The notes under the pieces are model-generated. The model did no database searches. It was given only the letters and a program-made list of their open reading frames with translations, and was not told where the DNA came from. Positions 1 through 14,000 of a DNA stretch of 64,000 nt are shown here, in pieces. The stretch comes from Thalia democratica. Its lineage: Eukaryota. Position 1 is the first letter of the stretch; each line of letters opens with the position of its first letter. Position numbers and translations under genes: made by a program. The DNA is taken from assembly GCA_965202585.1 (NCBI GenBank), contig OZ241834.1:12462001-12526000 (forward strand), written 5' to 3'.

Positions 1-1227
1 GGTATGTCAATTGCATTTTTCATTGTAACGTTAATCATATAAACTGTAATATATTTGTTTTTAAAGTTTTATTTATTACAAAGGTTATGGTATGTGGTAT
101 AATTAATAATTTTATGTATAATTTGTCAGTTCATACTTTTTTCTGATTTATATAGTTTTCGTTTTATTTAAATTTAATACAAGATGTTTTTTTAACATTT
201 TATTTCTCTAAACTCAAATTAGAAAATAAAAGCAATTTGAAGAAAGCGTGTTTTAGATGAAATCCGTACACAACCGGCAAGGTTATTGTAATTAGTTTGT
301 TAACCTCTTAAGAATAGCTGTGAACATGTTTTGTAACATTTTAGTTTTTGCTCTGTTTATTTTTGTGTTGTTTCAAATGTGTTTAAACCTAATTACGTCA
401 TACTTGAATTTGTTTGAAATATTTTAATGATTTATAATTAGTTATTGGTGTAAAAGCAGTCCAATACTTTTTTACTGTAAACTGATTCACACACAAGGTA
501 AGCCTTTTTGATTGTTTATAAATTTTGGTGTAAAATTAATAAAAACTTTAAAAAAAAATTATACTGGTAAACTAAAATAAAGGTAAATATGATTCTTAGA
601 ACTAGAAAACCTCATTATGTAAGTATTTTTTTCAAAGTTTCAATTACCAGCTAAATTTTTAGCTTAAGAAAAATTTATTGAAAAATTCTGACAGTTACCG
701 AAGTTCACCATAAAGGCATAAATAGAATTCTATTCGAGTAAGAATCACAGTTTGAAAATCCGTTCACGGTGAAACTCATTAACTGTCTGAATTTTTCAGT
801 AAATATTTTTTAGTAACTGAAATGTTAAATCTTTTTCAACCACATACTTAAATTGTCAGCTTTTCCAAACACTTTATTTTTTAAATTTCTTATGTAATAC
901 AATATCTAAAACTTGAAACGCTTATTTATCATTTAATTCCTTGATTTGGTGTATTTTTAATACAAATTTAAAGTTAGATATAACACTTTTTTTACTATAA
1001 AAATCTCCAAAATCGATCCAGGACACAGTCATTTTTTTAATAATTTCCAAGCATTGATCTAAATGAATAATTAATCAGAAGATATTTTATACAAATAATG
1101 TTTTTATAAACCATTTATTTTTTAAAGTTCCAAACACATCTATAAAACAGTTGCTTGAGTTTTATAAAACAATTTCAAAAATTTTCTACTTAATACTAAG
1201 ATTAAACAACTTTAGTTTTATATTAGT

Positions 1228-1347
1228 GTTTATTAAACGACAAAAAAGCGCTCAAAATAACTGTCCCTAGGGCCTGGTGTACTAAAAAAACTTTTCGGTT
1301 GTTGAGCCGTATACCACTTGGATACAGTTTAAAGTCTCGTCCAAGAC
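1228..1347 (-). repeat. Dispersed ~120-bp SINE-like core, copy 1
   Basis: Reverse complement of the core tcttggacaagacgttaaa...cgtgcaccaggtcctaggac...gcgctttt..tcgttcaataaac, seen 5 times in the window. Confidence 0.7.
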
Positions 1348-2530
1348 AAAATATTAGTCGTTGAAAAAGGACTTTTAGTTTAAAAATGTATGTTAAAAAC
1401 TACTTTGTATAAATAATACTTTTTTAGTCATTTAACTTTGTACAGTTTATAAAAATTTTATAAAACATTGAAAAAGTTCAATTTATACTTTTACGCGGCT
1501 TAATAATCCATCATTATATTGATATCAGTACTTACACAATATTTTTCCAGATTTACTCATGATTTTGAACAACATTTAAAACAGCAGAGTGTAATACTTT
1601 AATTGAAATTGGTATATATTTTTTGTCAAGTTAAATTCAAATACTTATTTCTAATTTGTAATATTCGACAAAACTTTACTTTATCAGATACTTAAATCAA
1701 CTCAGTTAAATATTTTATTATTTCAAAACTGTTTTTTATTAGAACAATTTTGATACTACTTAGCTTTTATGATTATGTTTTTTTAACCCCTTAAAATAGT
1801 TTGTGAAAAATAATCTTTGTAAACTTTTAATATAACTCAATTTAAAAATAGATTTTAAACAAAAAATAAAAGTTAATGTTTTCCTAAACTTTTTTATGTT
1901 GATGTGCAGTTATGTTAAACTATAAAGTTCACCTTAAAGTTGCAAGACTATGCTTATTCAGAAATTACTTAATGATTAAAGTTTTAGTTTATTAATTATT
2001 TTACTTTTTAACAGCTAAGTTTATATCATACAAACCGGTAATTAATTTTTATATAAAACTCGAACATTTATTTCCAAAAAACCTATTCTTTTTTCTATTG
2101 TCGGAAGAAATTTTGTTCTATTTAAACACATTATTAAACACATGTATTTTAAATTAATAAATAGAGTCGCAACATATGAAGGTATAGTGCAAAACAAACT
2201 TAGAAAATTTGAAAAACTCTGTCTAAAAGCTACAAAACTTAAATTGGAACATTTCGTTTGACTTTTGAAAAAGAATCAGAGATATAATTCGAAAAGCTTT
2301 AAGTTTTACAAATTTTTGAAAATTAAAAATATATTTTGTTAAGTTGCAATTGGTATTTAATTTTTTTTTTGTTTTGGAAATTTATTAGATGATGAATAAT
2401 ATTTGTATGTTATTTTGTAAACTCTATTTTAAACCTTGATTTTATATATGTTTTATTGTATTCAATTAAGAGCTAGATTACTAAAACAAACCTGATTACT
2501 TTATATCTACACACAGGCTGCAAATTACAG

Positions 2531-2896
2531 ATGAGAAGCAAAACTTTCAAGGAACGTTTCACTTATCAGGACCGACAGAAAAAGTTCAGCAAGTTCAAAG
2601 AAATTTACCCGAAACGCGTTCCGGTTGTCCTGCAGCCGGAACAAAAGCACAACAACAGCAGCAGTTTGAAGCCGATGAAGAAAAATTTCTACTTATTTGG
2701 TGAAGACGTGTCATTTTGCAAAGTGCTGCAGTTCATAAGGAGCGAAATAAAAATCGGCAACGAAACAGCAGTGTGGCTGTTTGTCAACGGAATAATGCCG
2801 CAGATGACTTCAACGCTGAACAGTTTGTACGAAAATAACAAAGACAGCGACGGTTTCCTCTACATTGTGTACTGCGGTGAATTAACTTTTGGCTAA
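2531..2896 (+). CDS. Divergent ATG8/LC3/GABARAP-family ubiquitin-like protein (121 aa), single coding exon
   Basis: Intact ORF with ATG8 hallmarks YPxRVPVV, WLFVN, DSDGFLYIVY and terminal TFG-stop. Splice-acceptor-like cacag and tacag lie just upstream of the ATG, suggesting a 5'UTR intron. GC is higher than in the flanks. Confidence 0.9.
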   Translation: MRSKTFKERFTYQDRQKKFSKFKEIYPKRVPVVLQPEQKHNNSSSLKPMKKNFYLFGEDVSFCKVLQFIRSEIKIGNETAVWLFVNGIMPQMTSTLNSLYENNKDSDGFLYIVYCGELTFG

Positions 2897-3362
2897 AATC
2901 AACTGTGATTCTCCAATGAAAAAAGTTGTAGTTTTAAAAATAAAAAGTGATGTTGTTACAAAACTTTGGGAACATTTTTAAATTAATACTTACTATTCTA
3001 TTCAATAAGATATTTACTATAACTGAGGATCTCATTTATTTAGTGAAACATTTTGGCCGACTTTAAAAATATTACTTCTTAATTTATTAGACATCATAAA
3101 TTTTTAGATTACATATATTGATCAAAGTTTTAGTAAAAGAGAGTTAATATAGTGAAGTATTCAGTTTTGTAAATATATTGTAATTAAATTGTTAAAAATA
3201 ACTGAAAATTAGGTTTAAGAATTATCAACATGTCTGTAACTTTAATCGAATCTGATATGCATGAAGTTGAAACGCATACTCTAATCCAACTTGTTAATAT
3301 TCGAAACAGTATTATTTTTTATTGGAAAGCTGAACTTTTGTTCATCAGATCATAGCTTATAC

Positions 3363-3674
3363 TAGGAGTCGGCAAACTTCGCCCTGAGGACCAAGTACGG
3401 TGTAACTTTCAGGCGAAAATATGCTATAAAAATTAAAAAACGGATTTTTGTAGAAAAAGCTTACAATTAAGTTTTAATTTTGCTAGTTAATAGTTTCTAG
3501 TTCTTTATTATTGCTTATTTTATTATAATTTTGGTTTAAAATAGTATATTTTTACTGATTACTACAACTACTTTGATTAACTGTGGCTCACGGAAGACTT
3601 TTTGCTATGTAGTATGTCAAGCAACTCTTTCTAAGATTTTTTTTTCGTTACCTACAAAAGGCTGCTGACCCCTG
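3363..3674. mobile_element. hAT/Charlie-like MITE (degenerate)
   Basis: Left end taggagtcggcaaac and right end gctgctgacccctg resemble CAGGGGTCGGCAA...TTGCCGACCCCTG termini. The 8-bp flanks (gcttatac/gtttaaat) match only loosely. Confidence 0.55.
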
Positions 3675-5923
3675 GTTTAAATTAATTATTATCAACATGT
3701 TTAAAACCGTGCACATTAAACTACTTGGAAAAATTTTCTGTGCGCACTGCACACTAGAAATTTTTTATTTTTTCTCCTAAAACTTAATATTACGCTCTCA
3801 TATATAACTACTTTTATTAAGCTATACAATATTAAAGTCAGGTATATTACGCATTTATTAATAACATTTTAACTATTTTAACTTAAAAATAATATCATGC
3901 CTACTACTGTATAAAGTGTATATATTAACTAAAATTACTTTTAAATACTTTATTTGGATAATTGAACCATAGTCATGAAGAAGAGTTTCTAGTTTGTCTT
4001 TTATTGCATGTAAACTATGAACAATACTTCGTACTTAATGAGACCCATAGATAGGTCATATTGTGTTGAAAGATTAAAGTTTTCGTTAGTTTGATTGGAT
4101 AATAGATTTAATAATAATTTAGTTAAATCATTTTACAAGTAGTCATCCAGTCTTTTTTGCTGCGATAAGAATCCATTTACTTGAAAGAGCATAAGTAAAG
4201 TTTTATTCTTGTAAAAACAAAAGTCTATAAGTTAATAATAACCACACTAATTTTATAACAAAAAGTCTACGGAGTAGGCACAAGCACTACGCAAGCAAAC
4301 TGTATTAGACAAAGTTTAAAGATAGAAATTGACCTATGTTTTAAAAATTTACAAACATTTTTTGTTGTGGAAATTACAAAGTATTTGAATTAAAAATAGT
4401 AATTTAGCTTACTTCTAATTAACACGTATCTTCATTAATTGGATCGATATAAGGTGATTGATTAGTTTTTAGTCACTTGATCTCTTTTTTTTTTCATGAC
4501 ACACCACTACTTATTTTTGCTTTTCAGATTTACAGTTATAAATTCTGGTGGAGTTTTCCTGAGTCAATCTTTTTGTACGTTATCTATTGTACTATAACAA
4601 AGTTGTTTTTTTTATAACAAATGAACCAGAACCTATCTATAGAACTTTATTTAACTATTAGCTAGAAAATTACAGGTAATAAACAAAAAAAATAACTACA
4701 TTTGGATTGCATAATTAGATTCGGTTGGATCTGAATTAAAAACAAAAATCAGATTGTAATTTGTGGAACCGGTAGACCACAACTTTAAACTCACTATATC
4801 AGCAAGCTTTTTATATGATGAAAAAATATCAGTACGTTGTTTTTCTCTTTGCTACGAAAAAACCTTGTAGAAAAGAAGAAACATAGTTACATTGTATAAA
4901 TTTATTCCACTCCTTTAATAACCAACACAATCAAAAGTAAGCTACATTTATAAATTGAAAACCCTTGGTTGAAAGTTATTTATTACACTCAGACAGTGCT
5001 CAATTATATAAAAATTAATCCAGTTTAATTTGCTACGTAACTTCAAGAGAGTTAGACTTGATAAACTGGTATAAAAATAAATTGTAAAATGTAAACTAAT
5101 CAAATAAACGACTACACGATAGGACATCATTCTCTCTTAAAAAATTTATAATTACTTACAGAGTTACTTTACTATAAAAACTACTTATGTATTTTATTCA
5201 AGTTTGTTTAAACTAGTTATACTTGAAATTTTTTAGAGAACTTATAAGAAAAAGAGTCTAACTATATAATTTATTTTTTAACCAAATACATAACGTTTAG
5301 TTAATCTTGAATTTAACAAAAGAAACTTAATTTTTCTTAAATATTTTAAAGGTTATATTATTTCAAAGTCTTTAAAATAACTGACTTGTTTAAGACTTAT
5401 TATACTTTATTCAAAAATTATTTCTAATGTATCTTCGTTAAATTTATAAGTAAAAGTTTGATGATATCTAAATTTTCCTTCATAGATTTTATTATTTTAA
5501 GAATAATATATTGCAATTTAAATCAACGTAAAGATACAAACTACTACTAATTTTAATAATTAATTACGCATTGTTACGTTACACAGTTTATTTCCGTGAC
5601 AAGCAAATATGTCATCAAAACAATACGTTGTGTGGCAGCGTATAAAAGACGTAATAATACAACAAACACATAACTGGCAACAACTATTAATTGTGTTTTA
5701 GTAAAAAAGTTAACTTAAAAATAAAATTCACTCACATATATATTGAAAGTGGAACAAACAAAACAAAATGTAGTAGAATGTAATTTTCTTATTAAATACT
5801 AAAATAATAGTATATGTGCTTTACTCAAAGCAAAATCTTATATCTTTAAGGTCATCAAGTCTTAAGAACAGAAACTTCAAAGTCATCAGGATACAAAAGG
5901 ATAACATATAGCTTAGCTTGAAA

Positions 5924-6283
5924 TTAAAAACAGAAACCAAATGTATTTTCGCCACTATAAGCTACATACAAAAATCCGTCATCATCTTTATGATTACTAT
6001 AAATTTCTCCTAAAGTTGCAGTGGAACTTGGAACTATCTTATTAACAAACAAAAATATAGCTTTTTCAGGAGTTAAATTAATTCGTTTTCGTACTATCCA
6101 CATAAATTGAGCTACAGATATGTCAGCAGGAACCAAATATTTCCGCTTGTCTATGTCTTCTATGTTTGATTTTTCTGCTTTTTCCACAATAACAGGAATT
6201 CGATTGGGATACTTTTCTTTAATCTTTTGCGACTCTTTTTTTCTGTGCTCAAGAGTATGGTCTTCTTTAAATTGCCACTTCAT
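5924..6283 (-). CDS. GABARAPL2: GABARAPL2/GATE-16-like ATG8 protein (119 aa), single coding exon
   Basis: MKWQFKEDH...[11 protein letters not shown]...[21 protein letters not shown]...[20 protein letters not shown]. MKWxFKEDH and QFMWI are typical of the GABARAPL2 subfamily. Acceptor ctacag at 6325-6330 (minus); AATAAA on minus at about 5588-5593. Confidence 0.93.
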   Translation of the reverse strand: MKWQFKEDHTLEHRKKESQKIKEKYPNRIPVIVEKAEKSNIEDIDKRKYLVPADISVAQFMWIVRKRINLTPEKAIFLFVNKIVPSSTATLGEIYSNHKDDDGFLYVAYSGENTFGFCF

Positions 6284-7200
6284 TGTAGTATTTCACAATA
6301 GAACAAAAACAGTTATTTACAACACTGTAGATTAAAATTATAGGTTACCTTAAAATTACTAGTTTTTCATTTACTTAGTAATATGTTTATTTTTAAGTTT
6401 AAATTTATGTTTACAAAGGTTTCTAGAGTTTTTTTGGTTAAGACATAATCAGCTTCACACGTAATTTTTGAGCTTTATTGTTGTAAATGTACTAGAAAAT
6501 GTACTTTATATTAAAAGAAGACAATTAAAAATTATAGAAAATATAATATAAACAACAACATAAAATATACTTAAATAGTTTCATGAATTCTTTTTTAATC
6601 TGCATGACTATTGTTGGGTTTTTTATTTAAAAAAAAATAATTAATCACCAAAAGTTTGAAACTAATCATTAAATAAATAAAAAGTTATATGGTTTTTGAA
6701 AAAAGTACAAATTCACAATAGTTTTTATATACCTATAGTATTTTACAAAATAATTAAATGCTGTACAAGTATAAATCTCAAATTTGTAAAAAACTATTTC
6801 AACCAACTTAAACTTAACACAGGTATACTAATAACTTAACAACAATAAAAGTAATTTTTCTTATATTGAATATATAAATGTAACCCAGCATGTTTAACTT
6901 TTTCAATGTTAAAGTTTGCTGAACTTTAAAAAAATCTAGGATTAATACTTATAAAATTGAATTTTGAACTGTTTTCTACTTGTTTGCATTTTTGACTAAT
7001 TAATAGTTTATAAAATTTTTATAAAAAGTAAAACAATAGCTAGAAACCTAACTAATATAAAAATTTTAATACACAATTATTATGTAGAGTAAAAACTGTT
7101 TTAAACACATACTGCTCAAAAATTTATCTATTTATACAAATATAAACAGTGATTATTAGTGAGTCATTGTTTACCAACACAAAAGTGCAACAACAGTCGC

Positions 7201-7208
7201 TCACGTCA
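7201..7208 (-). promoter_or_regulatory. TGACGTGA (CRE/ATF-like, one mismatch from the CLEAR core TCACGTGA) about 0.9 kb upstream of the GABARAPL2 ATG
   Basis: Plus strand reads tcacgtca in a small CpG-containing patch within CpG-poor DNA. Function is inferred only. Confidence 0.25.
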
Positions 7209-8064
7209 CAAAATTTAAATAACCATATGACTTATACAATGACAAATATTTCTACATTTATAACTAAAACATAAAAATAAGCTACTAATTAAGAAATTTC
7301 ATCATAGTTTTGTCTTGTGAGCAGCTACATATGTATTAGTAAAAACAACTATTGTTGTTTTAAAACTAAGCTTTCTTCAAAAAAAACAATTGTAAAGCTC
7401 CGAAATAAAATAATAATGCAAGAACTTAGGTAAATCAAACAGTGGTCTTTGAGAAAACAAGTTAGAACTTTACATGTTTACCTTATATATACTTTGAAAT
7501 TTTTTTAAAACCTACTTACGCAAACACATACTAGTTTTTTTACTAAGTGTGAAAAACAATTATCATAAATTACAACTAAACATATGATTATAGTAAGATT
7601 ATACTAAAATGGACTATAAACTATTTTGAAAGAACTATTTTACTAAAAAAATAAATATTATGTAATAAATTTTTAAATAAAAACTTTATTTGAAAAAAAA
7701 ACTTTCTTAACAGTATATCTTTTAAACAACTATCAAATAATTATACAAATTACAGTATAAATAAGTAAGATGTACAAATCAAGTTAATATTGAAGCACTT
7801 AAAACAAAATTTGACTATGTTTAAAAAAATGAAATTTGTATCGTTAAAAACCTTAAAAATGTAAGCTTTCCAAAAACTAAATTTTATATGTTAGAAAAAA
7901 ATCAATTATAACTCTAAGTCGGTTTTAAAAAAATAAAAATCATTTAAAAAACTTTAAAATTAAAAATACTAATAAAAGATGTTACAAAAACTCTAAATAA
8001 TGTGTATTAAATTTCATGATAGCTTTTTTTAGTTAAGTATCTTTTTAAATGCCTAAAGTACTAA

Positions 8065-8712
8065 GGGCATAGGGGGTAAAACACTTTTTTCAAAATTTGA
8101 TTTTATTTTATATAGTTTTTACTAAGCTACAAGATAATTTTTACAGGCTTTAAAAAATCAAAATAAATTTTTGAGATATAGCCGGTCAAAGTTGGGCGGC
8201 AATAGTAGGTTGCTTATGGGAGGCGCAAACTAAAACGGCAAAAATAGACTATTTCACTAAAAATCTATCTTCTCCTACATTTTTTGAGATAACTACCTCA
8301 AAATTTCAGGAAGTGTTCCTTGGTATATTTAGAAAATTCTGTCTGAAAAACTTTTTAATAAGTTAAAAAATTAATATGTTATATAAAAAAAAAACAAAAA
8401 AATAGTTTTTTTTTATAAAAATTTTATTTCTATTTTTTTTTAAATTCTGCTCTTACCAAATTTTCAGAATATTGCAAGGAACATTTCCTGAAATTTTGAG
8501 GTAGAAAAAACGTAGGAAAAGATATATTTTTAGTGATTTCTAGTTATTTGCGGTTTTAGTTTGCGCCTCCCATAAGGAACCTATTGTTTCCTCCGACTTT
8601 GACCAGCTATATCTCAAAAATTATTTTAATTTTTTTAAATCTGTAAAAAGCATTTTGTAGCTTAGTAAAAACTATATAAAATAAGATCAAGTTGTGAAAA
8701 AAGTGTTTTACC
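8065..8712. mobile_element. Palindromic (foldback) MITE, TTAA/GGGCAT family (Kolobok-like), right tip lost
   Basis: ctaa|gggcatagggggtaaaacac start; arms of about 300 bp are reverse complements (gagatatagccggtcaaag / ctttgaccagctatatctc). Same family as 33319-33974. Confidence 0.8.
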
Positions 8713-8989
8713 TGTTATTTAAGAATATGTTCAAAAAAATCCTGAAGTTGTAAGTACAAGTTGTTCAACTTTTTATTTTGTAAATAACTGAATAAATAAA
8801 ATATAAAAAGAATTCAAGTGTATTAAAGGTTACTTTTTTTTAAAGTGAGTCTAACTTTTAACAATAATATCTAAGCTAACAGATATTTACAATTTTTACT
8901 TCAAATTCAAAGTAACTTTTGAAAGGTAAGGAATCAAAGTTAGATGGTTTAATAGGCTCTTTATTTTAAAAAACATCTAAAATGCAAAA

Positions 8990-10026
8990 CAGATATATAA
9001 CTAAAATTTTATCTTCTCCTACAGCTTTTGAGCAATTAAATTTAGACTTTTTTTCTAATGTTTAACAAAAAATTAACAGCTTGTAGAAAACAAATATTTT
9101 AACTTCAAATTTTTTTTAATTCAATTCCTACATCTGTTTGTAATAATGCAAAGGTCATTTACTAGAAGTTTAAAGTAAATTGCTCAAAAGTGAAGAAATT
9201 AACATAAAGGTTAGATCATACTACTTTGATCATCATACCACAAGCACTTGGTAGACTGGGACTAAAACTCGTCAGTCAGTGGCAACCAAAATCTTCCAAT
9301 TGTCAATCTAATAACAGTTTATGTGTTTAACCATGAAGCTACCGCTTGCTAGCATGATTTGTTTTGTTGTTTTTTTTTGGTTGCAACTGATTCACAAGTT
9401 TAAATAAAAACCAAATCCGGGTCTCGCTCCACCAAAGTTTTGTGGTCTAATGATAAAAGTGGTATAGTAAAATATTAATGACTTGAGGTTGTCACACAGC
9501 ACAACACATAGGTCCAGCCTTTGGCTTGATATACTTTTACCAATGTTTTCTTTAAAAAATGTAGAAAGAGATAATTTTCAGTAACTTTAATTTTCCATGT
9601 TTTTACAAGAAACTTTTTACTAAACTTATTATTAATAAAATAAAATCTATTAAAAAAAATATTATAAAAGTAATTGATAGTATATACTTCAAGGTTTTAA
9701 AAAACTACCGTTGTTATTTGTTTATAAAATTGTTGGACCCTCTATGATCCTAAACAATCTAAATTTATATTAAGGTATTTTTGTTGCTTTTAATAACACT
9801 TATTTAGTTTAAAAAATATGCTGCAATAATAATTTAAACAAAAACTATTTTGAATACTTTTATCTCATCTACCAGATACTTTTTACAGCTTAACAAAATA
9901 CAGAGACGATTTTTAAGAAATGAGTAATTGCATTTTATAACTACCAACTTATAAATCATATTTTAAGCTTTCATATAAGAGCCTATGTTATTTTTTGTAA
10001 AAATAATGCCCTACCCCTCTATGCCC
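8990..10026. mobile_element. Fragments of a related TTAA/GGGCAT MITE (right terminus at 10026)
   Basis: cccctctatgccc|ttaa at 10014-10030; 9950-10026 is the reverse complement of the left arm of the 38214 copy; internal motif atcttctcctaca at about 9010. Left boundary uncertain. Confidence 0.5.
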
Positions 10027-12275
10027 TTAAGCTAATTTATTTAATTTAAAAAGAATAAAAATAAAGTACTTTTTAAAATGCTTAATGTCAAGCTAATTTT
10101 TAACTTGTTTTTCTTCATATTAGAGAACTCCATTATACTTCTTATAAGAAGACAGTTAGAGCACAGTTCAGTATAGGAACCTTATTTTTGGAAAAATATT
10201 GCACGTATATATTACTATGATAACTCTATATTTAATGTAAATAAATACTTTAAAACTTCATGCTGATGAATCCAGTAATAATGATGTCATAACAAAAAAA
10301 AATATTAGCTAAGAAACTTACATTTCCAAAGCTGTTGAGCAAATACTAATGAAAATTTGTATACATAATATTGCAAATCATTAATATACCTTATTTAAAT
10401 TTCTAAATAATCTATAAATAAAACAATTTTATTTAATGGTAAAATAACCTTAGTTTCAAACTCTACCCTTAGCAATGATAAATGTGTTGTAGGCAAAAGC
10501 AAGTAAGTGACATTATGTGTAATTTTACCTGCCTCATTTACTTTTATTTGACTAAAAAATTAAAAAAAAACCTTGGTGGCACAATTGATGGGTTTGTACA
10601 ATTTAAATTTTTTGTAATAACTCTATATTTATTAAATTCATCAACTTGAATTTTAAAAAGGTAATATAATGGTCTCCATAAGTACTTACACAAAATTATA
10701 AGTAAAATACACAAACTTAACAAACTATCCCTTTGTAAAGTTTAAAAAGTATACCTAACTAATTTGTATGCTTTGTATAATTTTCACTGTTAACTTAAAA
10801 CTAATTTTATTTTTTCAATACAAAATATATGAAAGCATAAAAATTGTTTGCTTTTTTATAAGCAATAATAGTTTCTAACTAAGCTTTTTTGTTACTTGGT
10901 AAAGGTGCTCTCTTTTATAAAAAAAAAAATAAGTTGACTTTAAACTTTGTAAGAAGTACATAGTTGTTGTTCTTAAATTTTGTGATAATTATTCAAAATA
11001 TACAAAGCATTAAAATTAATTGTTTGGCACTTTTTTATCTTAAAGAAATAACAGTTTATGTAATTTTTGGTTTATTAGTAAAAGTGTCAAGTTTTATGGA
11101 GAAAAAAGAAGTAAAAAATTACCTTTATTTTAATCTCACATAAACTACATGATTACTATTTTCTTTAATTTTAAGTTAACCAACCAACATCTAATAAAGC
11201 ATGTCTATCAATGTAGTTGACATAAAGCATATAGTTAAATTTGGTGAGTTTAATTACTTTAATTCCTGGTTTGACAAGTTTACAAAACTTATAATTATTC
11301 AACTAGGTTAAGCATTATCTACTGTGTATTCTGGCTTTTGTTTGTATAGTTTGTTTTGTATGGTTTATATCAAGAAATTTTTAAGAATTTGGTTGTTATA
11401 TTAGTCCCTACTTATCAAATTATAAAATTTTAGCCTAACGAAACTTTACTACCAAACATGTTTAATTTCTAATGAAATTTTACATATAATTATTTATATC
11501 GAAAAAAATTACTTTTTTTCAGTTAACAAGGTCAAGGTCAAATAAAACTATTGATTTTTATTTGTAGTGCTCTTTATTAAGAATAATTATATTTTTTAAA
11601 TTATTAAATTAATTAAAAAGTTATAATCAACTTTACATACCACATAACCTTACTGTTGAACAACTAGAAAAAAAGAATATATAAACAATGATTTATTTTA
11701 AGTTTTCTTCAAAATCTTCAAAAATTTCAATTTATTTTACTTGATTTACTTTTTTTGTACACCGTTATTATGTTTTAAGATTATAAAAAATATTTAACTT
11801 TTTTTTTTTTTTTGGAAACTTAACTTTCTTCATTTATTATTTTGAATATGATAAGGTTTACTTTATTATAACATAACAAACTCCTAGGAAGCCTACAAAC
11901 AACTTTATTTTTGTATTAAAACTAACCATAGTTTAATTTTTTTAATTAAGATTGTGTTGTGACTTTTCATTGGCAGTAATGGTAATTTACAATGAAGCAT
12001 ATACATATACAACTAACATCTTATTTAATAAAACATAACCACTTCACACTTTAAATAACAATAAAAGTTTTTGTTGTGTAAAAACATCATAAGGTTCTAT
12101 AGGAGAAAAAATACTACTTATTTACTCAATTATTTGTTATGATCTTTTCAGTGGTACTCATTGATTTTGTTGTCATATGATCTATTGTTTATGTTTATTA
12201 TGTACTTTGTTAATTTTGCTCAATGTATCATCAGTCGTTCTAAAATGAAGAATAGTTTGTGCGTTGAGTTACGAT

Positions 12276-13993
12276 TAGTGATGTACCGGACCCGGATCCG
12301 GACTTTTTTTTCAAATTAGAATCCGGCCAGAACCGGATCCGGACTTTTTTTTCAAATTAGAGTCCGGCCGGAACCGGATCCGGACTTTTTTTCAAATTAG
12401 AATCCGGTCGGATCCGGATATCTGACAAAAATGGCAATATCCGGCCGGACCCGGATAGTGAGTCCGGTACATCACTAGAATAATCTAGCCTGAGTCAGAA
12501 TGAGGTTTTTAAAAACTGAAAACAAAAACTTTAATCTAATAATAAGTAGAACAGCTAGCCACAAGTTTTACAAATTTAAGTGTTATTTACAATTAAAAAT
12601 CTGAAATCAAGTTCTTGAACAAAAGACACTAGAAAATAACAAAATATTGAAAACTGGATCAGCTCAAACTCATTCAAAATCTAAAAGAAAACTAGCCTTA
12701 GTTTTTATAAAAAACTAAACTAGTCTGAGGCAGTCCAAGATTTTCTAAAATTCCCAAAAATTTTCAAACTAGCAGGGTTGCCACTCTTTAAGTCAATAAA
12801 ACTAGCTAGAGTGAGTATAAACAAGCCTGAGTCAGAATGAGGTTTTTAAAAACTGAAAAAATTACTTTAATTTAATAATCAGTAGAACAGCTAGCAAAGG
12901 TTGACAATTTGGTAGTAAAGTTGTGGACTGATTGTGGTACAACTAATTTAATAGTACTACCCATAATAATTAAATCCTACCTTATTTAATTAATATCTAA
13001 CAAATACTAAATTTTAACTGAGACTTCTTTCTATAATCAGACACGACAGATTTGAGTGATGAATCTTTTATATAAAACACAACAAGAAATACTATCATAT
13101 ACAAAATTATTAATTACTTTGGTAACACTTTAAAAACTGGAAGCTATTTAAATCTATATCAAAAGACTTAAAACAAAAAACTAAAAATTAAATAAAACTT
13201 TTAGTAAACAAGAAACTGTAAAATTTTTAATAAACTATTAAACTATAAACCTGGCTTAAATATTTAAACAATTAAACACTTGTTGAAATATTCACTTTTA
13301 AAATAAAGCACTACTTACAATAAGCATTCACAAAAACGTTCAAGATAGTTTGTTGCTTCAAGCTACACACCAAACTAACTAACTGCTTACATATAAACTG
13401 CCTGTCATGTTCTGATGATGTTTTGTTACATCACTATTTAGTTTGAAACAATTCGTCATATGATTCTCATTGGCTCGTACATTCAACCGTATTAACTCTA
13501 AATATTCTCTGAGCTCAACTTTAAACAATAAATAGTGCAAGTATTCATTCCAAAGTTTTCAATTTTACAACATATGTAAAAAGTTGCATTTCATGAAATG
13601 TTTATTTCATAGTTTTTATGTAAACAAATGTAAGTTAGTCACTTGTACAAAATGAGTCAATCACGGTTGGTGTTTAATTTTAACTGACGAAAATTACTTT
13701 TATTAATTTACACAGGGTTTGTTTTTGAAAAAATACTTTTCAGTATGCTCTTTTTTACTAACTAGATCCGGGTCCGCCCGGATCTCTGTTGGGATCCGGT
13801 CGGACCCGGACTTTATTTTCAAATTAGAATCCGGCCGGAACCGGACCCGGACTTTTTTTTTCAAATTAGAATCCGGCCGGAACCGGATCCGGACTTTTTT
13901 TTCAATTTAGAATCCGGCCGGATCCGGATATCAGACAAAAATAGCAATATCCGGCCGGACCCGGACCCGGATAGTGAGTCCGGTACATCACTA
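12276..13993. mobile_element. Composite hAT-like non-autonomous element (MITE + 1.3 kb spacer + second partial MITE) with 8-bp TSD
   Basis: TIR tagtgatgtaccggac (12276) / gtccggtacatcacta (ends 12477 and 13993). Perfect direct repeat gttacgat at 12268-12275 and 13994-14001. Internal ~45-bp ccggatccggactttttttcaaattagaat repeats. Confidence 0.85.
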
Positions 13994-14000
13994 GTTACGA

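Noticed and set aside
3950-4200. Possible decayed ORF on minus (VRSIVHSLHAIKDKLETLLHDY)
   Set aside because: Multiple stops and no recognisable motif.
4528-4676. Plus-strand segment bounded by a good acceptor and donor between the ATG8 genes
   Set aside because: Stops in all three frames; at best a non-coding exon, unsupported.
6120-6335. 71-aa plus-strand ORF
   Set aside because: Antisense shadow of the GABARAPL2 CDS.
9255-9290. CTGACGAG on the minus strand (hammerhead core)
   Set aside because: No downstream GAAA or stem II.
13719-13910. 63-aa ORF with ESGRNR repeats
   Set aside because: Arises from the MITE's ~45-bp tandem repeats.
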